Positions 18,809 to 28,209 of a stretch of 64,000 nucleotides of DNA are shown piece after piece. Every line of letters begins with the position of its first letter. The first letter of the stretch is position 1. Below the pieces are notes generated by a model. The model did no database searches. It was given only the letters and a program-made list of their open reading frames with translations, and was not told where the DNA came from. A program made the translations under genes and the position numbers. Source of the stretch: Polyangiales bacterium (GTDB taxonomy: Bacteria > Myxococcota_A > Polyangia > Polyangiales > Polyangiaceae). The DNA lies in contig JBBRLQ010000027.1 of NCBI GenBank assembly GCA_038231275.1, forward strand, positions 1-64,000, read 5' to 3'.

Positions 18809-19621
18809 CTAATAGCTGTCGCTCGAGCCGCCCCCGCCGGAGTCGCCGCCGCCGCTCGGTCCGCTGTCGCCGCCACCGCCGCCGCCCCAGCCACCGTCGC
18901 CGCCTCCCCCGCCCCAGCCGCCACCACCACCACCGCCCCCGAGGAACCAAAATCCGCCGCCACCACCACCGCCGCCGCCGCCACCGCCACCGCGTCGCCG
19001 GCTGAGGACGATGATGATGACGATGATGATGATCGCGATGACGGCGACCTGGACCGGGCTCACGTGCTCGCGTTCGGCTTGCCGTCGTGCGCGAGGATCT
19101 TGCGGGCCTGGCACCGCGCCGTGCATCACGGTCGACGCGATGGCGTCGGTGCCGGCGACGATCCCGCCGTGAAAATCGTCCAGCTTGAGGCGCGGGCCGA
19201 TCTTCGTGCGGATGATGTCGTTGGCGTCGAGATCGGTCAGATCTCCTTCGAGGTGCTTGCCAACCTCGATGCGCACCTTGCGCTCGGCGGGCGCGAGCAC
19301 GATGAGGACGCCGTTGTCGTCCTTGCTCCCGACCTTCCACGCGCGAAACGTGGTGATCGCGACGTCGTCGATCGACTCCCCTTCCAGCGAGGCGACGAGG
19401 AACACGGCGATCCATGGCCCACCGCCCTGCTTGATCGCGACGAGGCGCCGATCGATGTCGTCCTTGTCCCCCGCGCTCAGCTTTGCCGCGGTGTCCACGA
19501 CATAGGAGCCGTCGGTCGGCCCGGCGGGAGGCGTGAACGCCCACGCGCCGCGCGGCGCGAGCCAGAAGGCCAGCGCCGCGAGGACGATCCCGAGCCACGC
19601 GTTGGCTCGGAGGGTTCCCAT
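18809..19621 (-). CDS. TPM domain protein with Gly-rich C-terminus
   Basis: WKVGSKDDNGVLIVLAPAERKVRIEVG, TM helix, poly-Gly tail, next to lemA. Confidence 0.92.
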   Translation of the reverse strand: MGTLRANAWLGIVLAALAFWLAPRGAWAFTPPAGPTDGSYVVDTAAKLSAGDKDDIDRRLVAIKQGGGPWIAVFLVASLEGESIDDVAITTFRAWKVGSKDDNGVLIVLAPAERKVRIEVGKHLEGDLTDLDANDIIRTKIGPRLKLDDFHGGIVAGTDAIASTVMHGAVPGPQDPRARRQAEREHVSPVQVAVIAIIIIVIIIVLSRRRGGGGGGGGGGGGGFWFLGGGGGGGGWGGGGGDGGWGGGGGGDSGPSGGGDSGGGGSSDSY

Positions 19622-20226
19622 CAGAAGCTGACCTTGGGGGCGGCCTGCGCTTCGGTCGACGCGTTGAAGTACGCACGCGTCTTGAACGGCTTGCCCGTCA
19701 CCTTGTTGACCGCTTGGCCGCGGATCTTGCCGAGCTCGGTGTTGTAGTCCTTCACCGCCGCGTTGTAGTCACGGCGCGCGATGAGGACGCGGTTCTCGGT
19801 CCCCTCGAGTTGCTTCTGCAAGTCGTGGAACGCCTGGTTCGCCTTCAGATCGGGGTAGCGCTCGTCGATCATCATGAGGCGCGACAGCGGCCCCTTGAGC
19901 TGCTCTTGGGCCTTCTCGAAGGCCGCCATCTTCGCCGGATCGGTCAAGTCGTCGGCCGTGAGCTTGATGCTCGCCGCCATCGACCGCGCCTCCATCACCT
20001 TCGTGAGCGTCTCCTCCTCGTGCTTCGCCGACCCCTTGGCGGTCGCGACGAGGTTGGGGATGAGATCGTAGCGCCGCTGGAGATTGGCCTCGACGTCCGC
20101 CCATTTCTGGTCGCAGGTCTGATCCTTTTCGACGAGCGCGTCGTAGCTCTGGCAGCCGCCCGTCAGCGACAGCACGAGCGCAGCGAACAGCGCGAAAATT
20201 AGCGAACGCCTGGAGGTGTTGGTCAT
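19621..20226 (-). CDS. lemA: LemA family protein
   Basis: LQRRYDLIPNLV, YPDLKAN, LEGTENRV...RRDYN. Confidence 0.95.
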   Translation of the reverse strand: MTNTSRRSLIFALFAALVLSLTGGCQSYDALVEKDQTCDQKWADVEANLQRRYDLIPNLVATAKGSAKHEEETLTKVMEARSMAASIKLTADDLTDPAKMAAFEKAQEQLKGPLSRLMMIDERYPDLKANQAFHDLQKQLEGTENRVLIARRDYNAAVKDYNTELGKIRGQAVNKVTGKPFKTRAYFNASTEAQAAPKVSF

Positions 20227-20299
20227 CTCCGGGACACCGTAAGGACGGGCCCTCGTCGATGCAAGCCTCACGACGGCTTGCGGAAGCGCGGCCGTGTGC

Positions 20300-21214
20300 T
20301 TAGGCGGGGGCACCGAGGCCGAAGAATCCGCGCGCGGTGCCGCCGACGAGGGCCTCGAGCGCGTCCGGGCGTAGGCCCATCGCCGCGATGCGTTTGAGCT
20401 CGCGGTCCCACGCGTACGGCACGTTGGGAAAATCGGTGCCGTACATGATGCGCTCGGGCCTCGCGCAGAAGAGCGCGGGAGGGCGATCGGGGAAGTATTC
20501 GGCGAGCATCATCGTCGTGTCGAGCCACAACGTGTCGTACCTCTCCACGAGCGACAGGTACGCCTCGAACTCGTCGGCGCCGAGGTGCGGGACGCAGACA
20601 CGAAGGCGCGGGTGCGCGCGGAGGACGCGCTCGATCCGCTCGGCGGCGCAGATCGCGTGGGCGTCGCACTTGTACGCGTCGCTCTTCGGCTCGCGGCCGG
20701 CGTGGATGACGAGCGGCTTGTCGTGGCGCGCGCACGTCTCGTAGATTTCGTGGAGCTCTTGCGCGTCGGGGGCGAAGCACTGAACGTGGCAGTGGAGCTT
20801 GATCCCCGCGAGGCCTGCGGCGAACGCCTCCTCGACGATCGCGACCGCGTCCGGCTCGCCCGGCAGAACGGTGCCGAGGCCCGTCACGCGCGGATCGTTC
20901 CGTGTGAGCTCGGCCATGTACGCGTTGAGGGCGCGGGCCATGCCGGGCTTGTGCGCGTAGGCGAGCGCGATCACGTGCCCGACGCCGCGCGCTTCCAGGA
21001 ACGAAAGAACGCGCGGGCTCGTCAGCTTGTGGCGGATCGGCCAGGCGTGCGCGTCGAACCAGCGCCAAATCGCCGCGAAGACCGCGTCGGGGAAGAGGTG
21101 CACATGCGCGTCGATCACCGGCGGAAAATCGGACGGGACGCGCGGGCCGTCGGCGTCGTCCACCGGTCCCAGCTTCATGTACGACGCGCAGCCGAGGGCG
21201 GGCGGATTGTCCAT
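20300..21214 (-). CDS. Amidohydrolase_2 family protein
   Basis: IDAHVH, GIKLHCH, PHLG, MYGTDFP. Confidence 0.9.
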   Translation of the reverse strand: MDNPPALGCASYMKLGPVDDADGPRVPSDFPPVIDAHVHLFPDAVFAAIWRWFDAHAWPIRHKLTSPRVLSFLEARGVGHVIALAYAHKPGMARALNAYMAELTRNDPRVTGLGTVLPGEPDAVAIVEEAFAAGLAGIKLHCHVQCFAPDAQELHEIYETCARHDKPLVIHAGREPKSDAYKCDAHAICAAERIERVLRAHPRLRVCVPHLGADEFEAYLSLVERYDTLWLDTTMMLAEYFPDRPPALFCARPERIMYGTDFPNVPYAWDRELKRIAAMGLRPDALEALVGGTARGFFGLGAPA

Positions 21215-21247
21215 GTCGCGTCACATCTTATGGGTAAGAATCGTCTG

Positions 21248-22507
21248 GTGGACAGGGTCCTCCTCAACGTCGATGCCGGCGAGCTCCCGGGCGAGCCGGA
21301 GGAGCTCTACGCGCTCGCGCACCTCGTCAACATCGCGTGCGGGGGGCACGCGGGGGACGACGCGTCGATGGATCGGGTCGTTGCATGTTGCACACATTCC
21401 GGCACGCAGCTCGCGGCGCACCCGTCGTACGACGATCGCGAAGGGTTCGGGCGCCGGGACGTCGACATGGATCCCGACGCGCTGGAGCGGCTGGTGCATG
21501 ACCAGTGCGCGCGGCTGGCGGCGCGCGCGGCGAAGGGCGGAGCGGTGGTGCGGGCGATGAAGCCGCACGGGGCGCTGTACCACGTGGTGGACCGCGATCC
21601 CTCGCGCGCGCGGGCGGTCGTCGCGGGCGCATCGCGCGCGCTCGGCCGGGAGGCCGCCATGGTGGGCCTCCGAGGCGGCGCGCTGGCGGACGCGGCGCGT
21701 GCGGCCGGCCATCCCGCGTGGGCCGAGCGCTTCGCCGACCGTGGCGTGCGTGACGACGGCTCGCTCATTCCGCGCGGATCGCCCGGCGCGCTCGTCACCG
21801 ATCCGGCCGCCGCGGCGCGAACCGCGGCAACGATCGCCGCCGCCGGCGACACGGACACCGTCTGCGTGCACGGCGACACGCCCGGCGCCCTCGCGATCGC
21901 GCGCGCCGTCCGGCGCATCCTCGACGTGGTGGGGCCAGTGCACGCGTTCGGCGACGAGGCGTGGCGCTGGAGCATCGCCCCCTCCGCGGATCGCCGCGCG
22001 CTCCTCGATCGGTTGCGCGCGATGCCGGGCGCGCGCGACGCGATGGTGACCGAGTCGCTCGCGTGCGTCGTGGGCGCGCGACCCGATCTTCGCGCGCTCG
22101 CGCCGCTCGCCGAGTCGACCGCGCCGCCGCGAGATCACGTGATCCGTGTCCGTTACGACGGGGAGGATCTCGGCGCGATCGCGGCCCACACGAGCCTCTC
22201 GCGCGACGAGGTCGTGGCCCTGCACGCGGGCCGCGTCTACACCGTGAGCGTCGTCGGCTTCCTCCCCGGATTCGCGTACCTCCGCGAGGTCGATCCGCGG
22301 ATCGCCGTACCGCGCCGCGCGACGCCGCGCCCCCGCATCGCGGCCGGCTCGGTAGGTATCGGTGCATACTACACGGGCATTTATCCGTGCGCGTCGCCGG
22401 GCGGCTGGAACCTCCTGGGCACCGCGCTCGATGTCTGCCCCTTCGACGCGACGGAGGGCGCGGCGTTGGCGCTCGGCGATCGCGTCCGCTTCGAGCCGGC
22501 GCCGTGA
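21248..22507 (+). CDS. Fused 5-oxoprolinase PxpA (LamB/YcsF) - PxpB protein
   Basis: N-terminal LNVDAGE, NIACGGHAGD, KPHGALY, CVHGD. C-terminal GFLPGFAYL, IYPCASPGGWNLLG. One frame; start GTG 21248 or ATG 21230. Confidence 0.88.
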   Translation: MDRVLLNVDAGELPGEPEELYALAHLVNIACGGHAGDDASMDRVVACCTHSGTQLAAHPSYDDREGFGRRDVDMDPDALERLVHDQCARLAARAAKGGAVVRAMKPHGALYHVVDRDPSRARAVVAGASRALGREAAMVGLRGGALADAARAAGHPAWAERFADRGVRDDGSLIPRGSPGALVTDPAAAARTAATIAAAGDTDTVCVHGDTPGALAIARAVRRILDVVGPVHAFGDEAWRWSIAPSADRRALLDRLRAMPGARDAMVTESLACVVGARPDLRALAPLAESTAPPRDHVIRVRYDGEDLGAIAAHTSLSRDEVVALHAGRVYTVSVVGFLPGFAYLREVDPRIAVPRRATPRPRIAAGSVGIGAYYTGIYPCASPGGWNLLGTALDVCPFDATEGAALALGDRVRFEPAP

Positions 22508-23310
22508 TCGAGATCGCGCGTGTCGCGGGGCTCGCCTCCGTCCAGGACGGCGGCCGTCCGGGTCGCATGCACGAGGGCGTCCCTCCAGGCGGAGCGATGG
22601 CCCCCGCGCACCTCGCGTTCGCGAACGCCTCCGCCGGCAACGCCGTGGGCGAGGCCGCGCTCGAGGCGTTCGGCGATCTCGAGATCGTGGCGCGGGGTCC
22701 CGTCGTCGTCGCGACCGACGCGGGGCTCGTTCGCGCGCTCGCTGCGGGAGAGCGCGCGACCTTCACGCGACCGGCGTCGGCGCGCGTGCACTACATCGCC
22801 GTTCGCGGGGGCGTCGACGTGCCTCTCGTCCTCGGCGGACGGGGGACGCTGCTGTCCGCGGGCCTCGGCGGTCACGAGGGTCGCGCACTCCGACGGGGCG
22901 ACGTGCTCGCGGTCGGCCACGCGCCACGCGCCGACGCCGCGATCACGGCGTCTCCAGAGGTCGATGCACCGGCGGCGATCGCCATCGCGGCCGGCCCCGA
23001 CGTCGACGTGTTCGACGAGGCGGCCCTCGCGCTTCTCACGAGCGCGACCTTCACGATCTCCCCTTCGAGCGATCGCACCGGCACCCGCCTGGTCGGACCT
23101 CCGCTCCCTTCGCGTGACGCCACGGCGCGCGCGTCGTCCCCTATGGTACGCGGCGCGTTCGAGATCACGCCGGACGGCGCCGCGATCGTCCTCGGCCCCG
23201 ATCACCCGACGACCGGAGGCTACCCGGTGCTCGCGTGCCTGAGAGTCCTGGATTTTGGCCGCTTCATGCGCCTCCCGCTCGGATCGACCGTGCGCTTCGC
23301 CGCGTCGTGA
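22504..23310 (+). CDS. pxpC: 5-oxoprolinase subunit C
   Basis: SVQDGGRPG, SDRTGTRL, DHPTTGGYP. GTGA overlap with the upstream stop. Confidence 0.9.
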   Translation: MIEIARVAGLASVQDGGRPGRMHEGVPPGGAMAPAHLAFANASAGNAVGEAALEAFGDLEIVARGPVVVATDAGLVRALAAGERATFTRPASARVHYIAVRGGVDVPLVLGGRGTLLSAGLGGHEGRALRRGDVLAVGHAPRADAAITASPEVDAPAAIAIAAGPDVDVFDEAALALLTSATFTISPSSDRTGTRLVGPPLPSRDATARASSPMVRGAFEITPDGAAIVLGPDHPTTGGYPVLACLRVLDFGRFMRLPLGSTVRFAAS

Positions 23311-23316
23311 GCCGCG

Positions 23317-24300
23317 TCAGTTGCAGTGCCCGCCGCCGCCCTCGGGCACGCACATGATGCTGCAGCAGAACGGGTTCGACCCGGCCGGGCTGCAGAACGA
23401 GCCAGGCGGCGCGCAGTCCGCGCCGCTGTCCTTCCCCGCGTCCTGCCCCGCGTCGGTGCCCGAATCGAAGGCAACACAGACGCTGCCGTTATAAAAGTAT
23501 CCCGAGTTGCACGCGAACTGGCACTGGGAGTTCGCGCAGCCCGTCGAGTAGCCGTTGGGCGGCGCGGACGTCGTGCAATTCTGGCACCCTCCGCCGCAGT
23601 GGGTCGGATCGTTCGCCGTGTCGTAGCAGCCGGGAACCGAACATCGCATGTACGGCAGGTTGCAGGTGTAGTCGCAGAGCCCGCCGCTGCATTTCGGGTT
23701 GCCGTTGCCGTTCGGCGATGTCCCGCACGCCTTCCCGCACTGGTTGCAGTTGTACGGGTTCGTTTGAAGATCGACGCACGAGGCGTCGCAGACGGTGTTC
23801 GGGCAGTTGTTCGTGCAGCCGCCGTCGACGCAGAAGTCTCCCTGGATGCAAACCTTCGTGCAGCTGCCGCAATGGCCGTTGTCGCCCTTGAGATTCGCCT
23901 CGCAGCCGTTCGACGCGTCCTTGTCGCAGTTCACGTAGTCGGTGGCGCACTGCGAGATCGTGCAGCCAGGGCACGCGTAGCCGGTGACTTGAGGAGGATT
24001 GCCGAGCGCGGTGGCGCACGACCCGCAGCCCGTCGCGGTGCACCCGAACGTCGGATCGTCCACCGACTGGCATCCGTTGCACGCCTTTTTTCCAGCGCCG
24101 CATCCGCCGTCGGCCCCTCCTTCGTCGACGATGACCGGCGCGTCGCCACCGGCCTCGCTCGGCGGCGGTATCACGTCGAGGCCGCCTTCGAACGGCGCGT
24201 CGAGCGGATCTCCGCTGTCGAGGCCGAGCACGGCTGCGCAGCCGCCTGCGAACAGGGCTCCGAGAAGGACGCCGGCGACGAGACGGCCGTTCAAAGGCAC
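23317..24300 (-). CDS. Cysteine-rich repeat lipoprotein (myxobacterial type)
   Basis: Lipobox-like AGGC, repeated D..NCG.CG..C units, DAG linkers. Confidence 0.8.
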   Translation of the reverse strand: MPLNGRLVAGVLLGALFAGGCAAVLGLDSGDPLDAPFEGGLDVIPPPSEAGGDAPVIVDEGGADGGCGAGKKACNGCQSVDDPTFGCTATGCGSCATALGNPPQVTGYACPGCTISQCATDYVNCDKDASNGCEANLKGDNGHCGSCTKVCIQGDFCVDGGCTNNCPNTVCDASCVDLQTNPYNCNQCGKACGTSPNGNGNPKCSGGLCDYTCNLPYMRCSVPGCYDTANDPTHCGGGCQNCTTSAPPNGYSTGCANSQCQFACNSGYFYNGSVCVAFDSGTDAGQDAGKDSGADCAPPGSFCSPAGSNPFCCSIMCVPEGGGGHCN

Positions 24301-24301
24301 G

Positions 24302-25318
24302 TCAAAACCGCCCGCGGGCGACGAGCCCGGCTTCGTGCGCGTCGAATGACGGTGCGAGAGCGACTCCACCCTTGGCGTCGCCCTTGGGCGCCGTGAGATA
24401 GACGACCGCACCGCCCGCGATCGCCGCCGCGCCGACGACGAAGAAGACCGTCGAGAGCGTCGCGGCGTGGAGGCCATCCTGGCGGAGGCTCAGCCCGGTG
24501 GGATCGCATTTGTCGGCGGCGTTGCAGTGCGTGTCGGCGTCGCTCTGCTTCGACTTCGCGGAGAGGCCGAAAATCGTGCCGACGCCGAGCCCGACGACGC
24601 CGACGCCCGCGACGACGAGACCGATCGTGCGCTGTGTGTTGCCCGAACGAGCAGGCTCCGGAGCCGGAGCCGGAGGCGCAGTCGGAGTTGGGACCGGCGC
24701 CGCAGTCGGAGTCGGAGTCGGGCTGCTTCGCGAGGGGCGGAGCAGCGGAATATCCATCGCCGTCGTGCCGCCGGGAACGGCAGTGATCTCCGACTCCCAC
24801 GCGTTGCCGTCCTCCGACATCGAGCGGACCTTGTGCGGCCCGGGATCCACCATGATCGGCTGGCCCCACTCTTTCTGCTCCAGCTTGCGGCCGTCGAAGA
24901 TGATCTGCTGACCCGCCGCCGCGACCTCCGCCGACACGCGGAACGTGAGGCGCGGCACGACCTTCTCGAGCTTGTCGGCACGATCGCGCGCGATCTGCTG
25001 GCGCGCGTCCTTGCGGGCCGCGGCGAGCTTCTCGGCCTCGCGAAAGAGTCCGAGCGCGATCGCAGGGTGGTTGTTGTTCTCTTGGCAATCGGCGAGGTAG
25101 AGCGTGACGCCGAGCCCGGAGGCCAGCTTGCGGCTGCGCTCGAGCATGTCGCACGCCTCGGCGTACTTCTTCTGCTCGAGCAGCTTCACGCCCTGGTTGA
25201 AGAGCCCCTCGGCCATCGCGACCTCGGCGGCTCCTTGGGCGCGCGCGGCGGTTGGAACGAACGCGGCCGCGCCGAACGTGAGGGCGGTCATGGCCGTGAC
25301 GGCGGCGAGCGTCTTCAA
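24302..25318 (-). CDS. TPR/PEGA-like exported protein with C-terminal membrane segments
   Basis: Signal peptide, AEGLFNQG...YAEAC...LYLADC, VDPGPH, C-terminal GRF. TTGA overlap with the kinase stop. Confidence 0.8.
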   Translation of the reverse strand: MKTLAAVTAMTALTFGAAAFVPTAARAQGAAEVAMAEGLFNQGVKLLEQKKYAEACDMLERSRKLASGLGVTLYLADCQENNNHPAIALGLFREAEKLAAARKDARQQIARDRADKLEKVVPRLTFRVSAEVAAAGQQIIFDGRKLEQKEWGQPIMVDPGPHKVRSMSEDGNAWESEITAVPGGTTAMDIPLLRPSRSSPTPTPTAAPVPTPTAPPAPAPEPARSGNTQRTIGLVVAGVGVVGLGVGTIFGLSAKSKQSDADTHCNAADKCDPTGLSLRQDGLHAATLSTVFFVVGAAAIAGGAVVYLTAPKGDAKGGVALAPSFDAHEAGLVARGRF

Positions 25319-26823
25319 TCTCGGGCTCCGAATGCAGGCGTGGTGGGTGGCGGCGGGGGCGGAGGCGGCGGGGCTAGAGCGGTCGTGCCTCCGGTAGGCT
25401 TTCCGGCCGGAGGATGGAGGACGGGATGCGGCTTGCCACCCGCCACCGCCGGGGGCGGGGCGCTCGCGGTGGGTGGCGCCGGAGGCGGGATCGGCGCGCT
25501 GGCGATCGCCGGCGCGCTCGGAGCCGGCAGCGCCGCGACGGCGGCCAGCGGAGGCGGCGTGAGATCGACCGGCGTGCTCGGCACCGGCGGCGGCTCGGCG
25601 CGCACCGTCGTCGTCGCCGCGTTCACCGGCGAATGACCGCGCAGTCGCAGCGCGACGATCGCGACGACGCCCATCACGAGCAGCGCGGCCGCCGCCGCGA
25701 GGACGACACGCCCGACGCGCGCCGGCCGCTCCGCCACACGCGACTCGAACGCCGCCTGCGTCCCGGCGGGCCCCCCCGCTGTGCGCGCGGGAAGCGCGAG
25801 CGGGATTGGCGCCTCCGCGGAGGCCTCCACCGTCGGCGACGACCACTCGGCCAACTGCGGCGACACGACCCGCGGCTCGGAGACCACGCTCGGCCGACCC
25901 GCCGACGAGACACCGAACCGTCCCGGCTGCGAGATGACCCGCACGACGCGATCGATCGAGAGCACGCTGCGCGCCGGCGCCACCGGGCGCATCGCCTCGG
26001 CCAGCTCTGCGACCGACTGGAAGCGATCGTCGGCGCGCTTCTCGAGGCACCGCATGATCACGGCCTCGACCGCCGGCGGCACGCGCCCGGCGAGCGGTAC
26101 CGGCGCGTCCGACAGGATCGCCGCGCAGATCGACGGGATCGTCTCGCCGACGAACGGCCGCTGCCCGGTCAGGATCTCGTACAGGATGACGCCCATCGAC
26201 CAGATGTCGGTCCGCGCATCGACCTCTTTGACCGCGCGCATCTGCTCCGGCGACATGTAGAGGGGCGACCCGAGGAGCGACGAGGTCGCGGTCATCGCGG
26301 CGTCCTGTGCGCCGGCCTTCGGTTGGACCTTCGAGATGCCGAAGTCGAGCACCTTCACGACCGGCGAGCCGTCGGCGCGTCGCGACAGGAACAGGTTGGC
26401 CGGCTTCAAGTCGCGGTGGACGATCCCGGCCATGTGCGCCTCAGCGAGCGCCTCGCACGCCTGGAGGACGTAGTCGATGCCATCCTCGACCGAGACGACC
26501 CCCTCCTTCGTGACGAGCTCGTCGAGATCCCGCCCCTCCAAGTACTCCATGACGAGGTACGGCATCCCGTCGTCCACCACGACGTCGAGGACGCGGCACA
26601 CGTGCTCGCTCTTGATGCGCGCCGACGCCCGCGCCTCCCTGGCGAAGCGCGCGACGGAGGCGGAGTTCTCGAGCGCCTCCGGCTTCAGGTATTTGATCGC
26701 CACCTTCTCGTCGAGCGTCAGGTGGTGCGCCTCGACGACGAGCCCCATTCCCCCCGCGCCGAGCATGCGCTCGACCCGGTATTTTCCGGCGATCACGTCG
26801 CCTGCGCGTGTCGGGACGGGCAC
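25315..26823 (-). CDS. Membrane Ser/Thr protein kinase
   Basis: LGAGGMG, VAIK, HRDLKPAN, DFGISK, YMSPEQ, TM helix, Pro-rich tail. Confidence 0.96.
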   Translation of the reverse strand: MPVPTRAGDVIAGKYRVERMLGAGGMGLVVEAHHLTLDEKVAIKYLKPEALENSASVARFAREARASARIKSEHVCRVLDVVVDDGMPYLVMEYLEGRDLDELVTKEGVVSVEDGIDYVLQACEALAEAHMAGIVHRDLKPANLFLSRRADGSPVVKVLDFGISKVQPKAGAQDAAMTATSSLLGSPLYMSPEQMRAVKEVDARTDIWSMGVILYEILTGQRPFVGETIPSICAAILSDAPVPLAGRVPPAVEAVIMRCLEKRADDRFQSVAELAEAMRPVAPARSVLSIDRVVRVISQPGRFGVSSAGRPSVVSEPRVVSPQLAEWSSPTVEASAEAPIPLALPARTAGGPAGTQAAFESRVAERPARVGRVVLAAAAALLVMGVVAIVALRLRGHSPVNAATTTVRAEPPPVPSTPVDLTPPPLAAVAALPAPSAPAIASAPIPPPAPPTASAPPPAVAGGKPHPVLHPPAGKPTGGTTALAPPPPPPPPPTTPAFGARD

Positions 26824-26904
26824 TCTGGAAGAGTAACGGACTCCGGGCCTTCGGTAAAACCCGACGGCGGGTGGGACAACGTGGTTCGATGCGCGTCCGC
26901 GCCG

Positions 26905-27546
26905 CTACGCCGACGCGTCGATCTCGCGACCGAGCTGCTCGAGGAAAACGCGCATCGCATCGGCGCGGGCCTCCGCCATCGCGCGCGCCGTCGCCGTGTG
27001 GAGCTGCGCGGGGATGCGTAAGAGCTTCGTGAAGAAATGATCGGCCCCCCACAGCTTGTCGTCGGGCGTCCGCGCGACGCAGAGCGGATCGTCGGGGGCG
27101 TAAAAGGGCCGCTTCATCGTGGCGCACGTGGCGAAGCACCGCGCGATCCCGATCGCGCCGATCGCGTCGAGGCGATCGGCGTCTTGCAGCACCTTGCCCT
27201 CGATCGCGCTCGGCGTGAAGCCACGCGAGAACGCGTGCGTTCGGATCGCGTCGGCGACGCGCTCGGAGAACATCGCGTCCGCCCCCTCGGCACCGAGGAG
27301 CGCCCGCGCGTGCTCGGCGCACACGTCTCCGGACAAGTGCGATTCGGGGTGCCCCTTCGGATGATTGAACAGCTCGTGGAGGAGCGCGGCGGTCGTTGCG
27401 ACGTGGACGTCGGCTCCCTCGGCGGCGGCGATCGACCGCGCGCTCGCGACCACGCGGAGCACGTGCGAGAAGTCATGCGCGGGATCGGCCGATGCCGCGC
27501 AGCGCTCGGCCTCTGCGCGGAGGCGCGCCCATAGCGAATCGTTCAT
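26905..27546 (-). CDS. HD-domain phosphohydrolase (YedJ-like)
   Basis: AHDFSHVLRV, LLHE, QDADRLDAIGAIGIARCF. Confidence 0.9.
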   Translation of the reverse strand: MNDSLWARLRAEAERCAASADPAHDFSHVLRVVASARSIAAAEGADVHVATTAALLHELFNHPKGHPESHLSGDVCAEHARALLGAEGADAMFSERVADAIRTHAFSRGFTPSAIEGKVLQDADRLDAIGAIGIARCFATCATMKRPFYAPDDPLCVARTPDDKLWGADHFFTKLLRIPAQLHTATARAMAEARADAMRVFLEQLGREIDASA

Positions 27547-27560
27547 CGCCTGCTCCACCC

Positions 27561-28160
27561 TCATCCCCGCCCGCGGATGTCCGTCCATTTCGCGCCGAGC
27601 GGCGGCGGCGTGAACGCGAGGAGCGCGTCGAGCAGCGCATCGACCGACGGCCGCGTGATGACGAGCCCCAAGTGCTCCTTGGGCGCGAAACCCTCGGCGA
27701 CCACGTGCTCGAGGAGGCGGTTCACCGGATCGAAGAAGCCGCCGACGTCGAGGAGGCCAATCGGTTTCTTGTGCAGGCCGATCTGCGCCCAGGTCACGAT
27801 TTCGAAGAGCTCGTCGAAGGTGCCGAAGCCGCCAGGCATCGCGATGAACGCGTCCGCGAGCTCGGCCATCGCGGCCTTGCGCTCGTGCATCGAACCGACG
27901 ACGCGCAGATCGGCGAGGCGCGTGTGGCCAAGCTCGCGATCGGTCAGCCAGCTCGGGATGACGCCGATGACGTCGCCCCCCGCGTCGAGCACGCCGTCGG
28001 CGAGGAGGCCCATGAGCCCGACGCTCGCGCCGCCGTACACGAGCCCGATCTTGCGCGCTGCGAGCGCGGCTCCCAGAGCGCGGGCCGCCTCCGCGTACTC
28101 GGGGCGCAGGCCGGGACGCGAGCCGGTGAAGACGCAGACGCGACGGATCGAGACGCTCAT
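27561..28160 (-). CDS. LOG family nucleotide phosphoribohydrolase (TIGR00730-type)
   Basis: LVYGGASVGLMG, MHERK, PGGFGTFDE. Confidence 0.95.
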   Translation of the reverse strand: MSVSIRRVCVFTGSRPGLRPEYAEAARALGAALAARKIGLVYGGASVGLMGLLADGVLDAGGDVIGVIPSWLTDRELGHTRLADLRVVGSMHERKAAMAELADAFIAMPGGFGTFDELFEIVTWAQIGLHKKPIGLLDVGGFFDPVNRLLEHVVAEGFAPKEHLGLVITRPSVDALLDALLAFTPPPLGAKWTDIRGRG

Positions 28161-28209
28161 GCTCTCGTCTTTTAGCGCATCACGGACCCGCCGCAGAGGG
28201 CGTTTGCGC

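Noticed and set aside
18820..18995. (CCG/CCA)n repeat tract
   Set aside because: It encodes the normal Gly-rich tail of the TPM protein.
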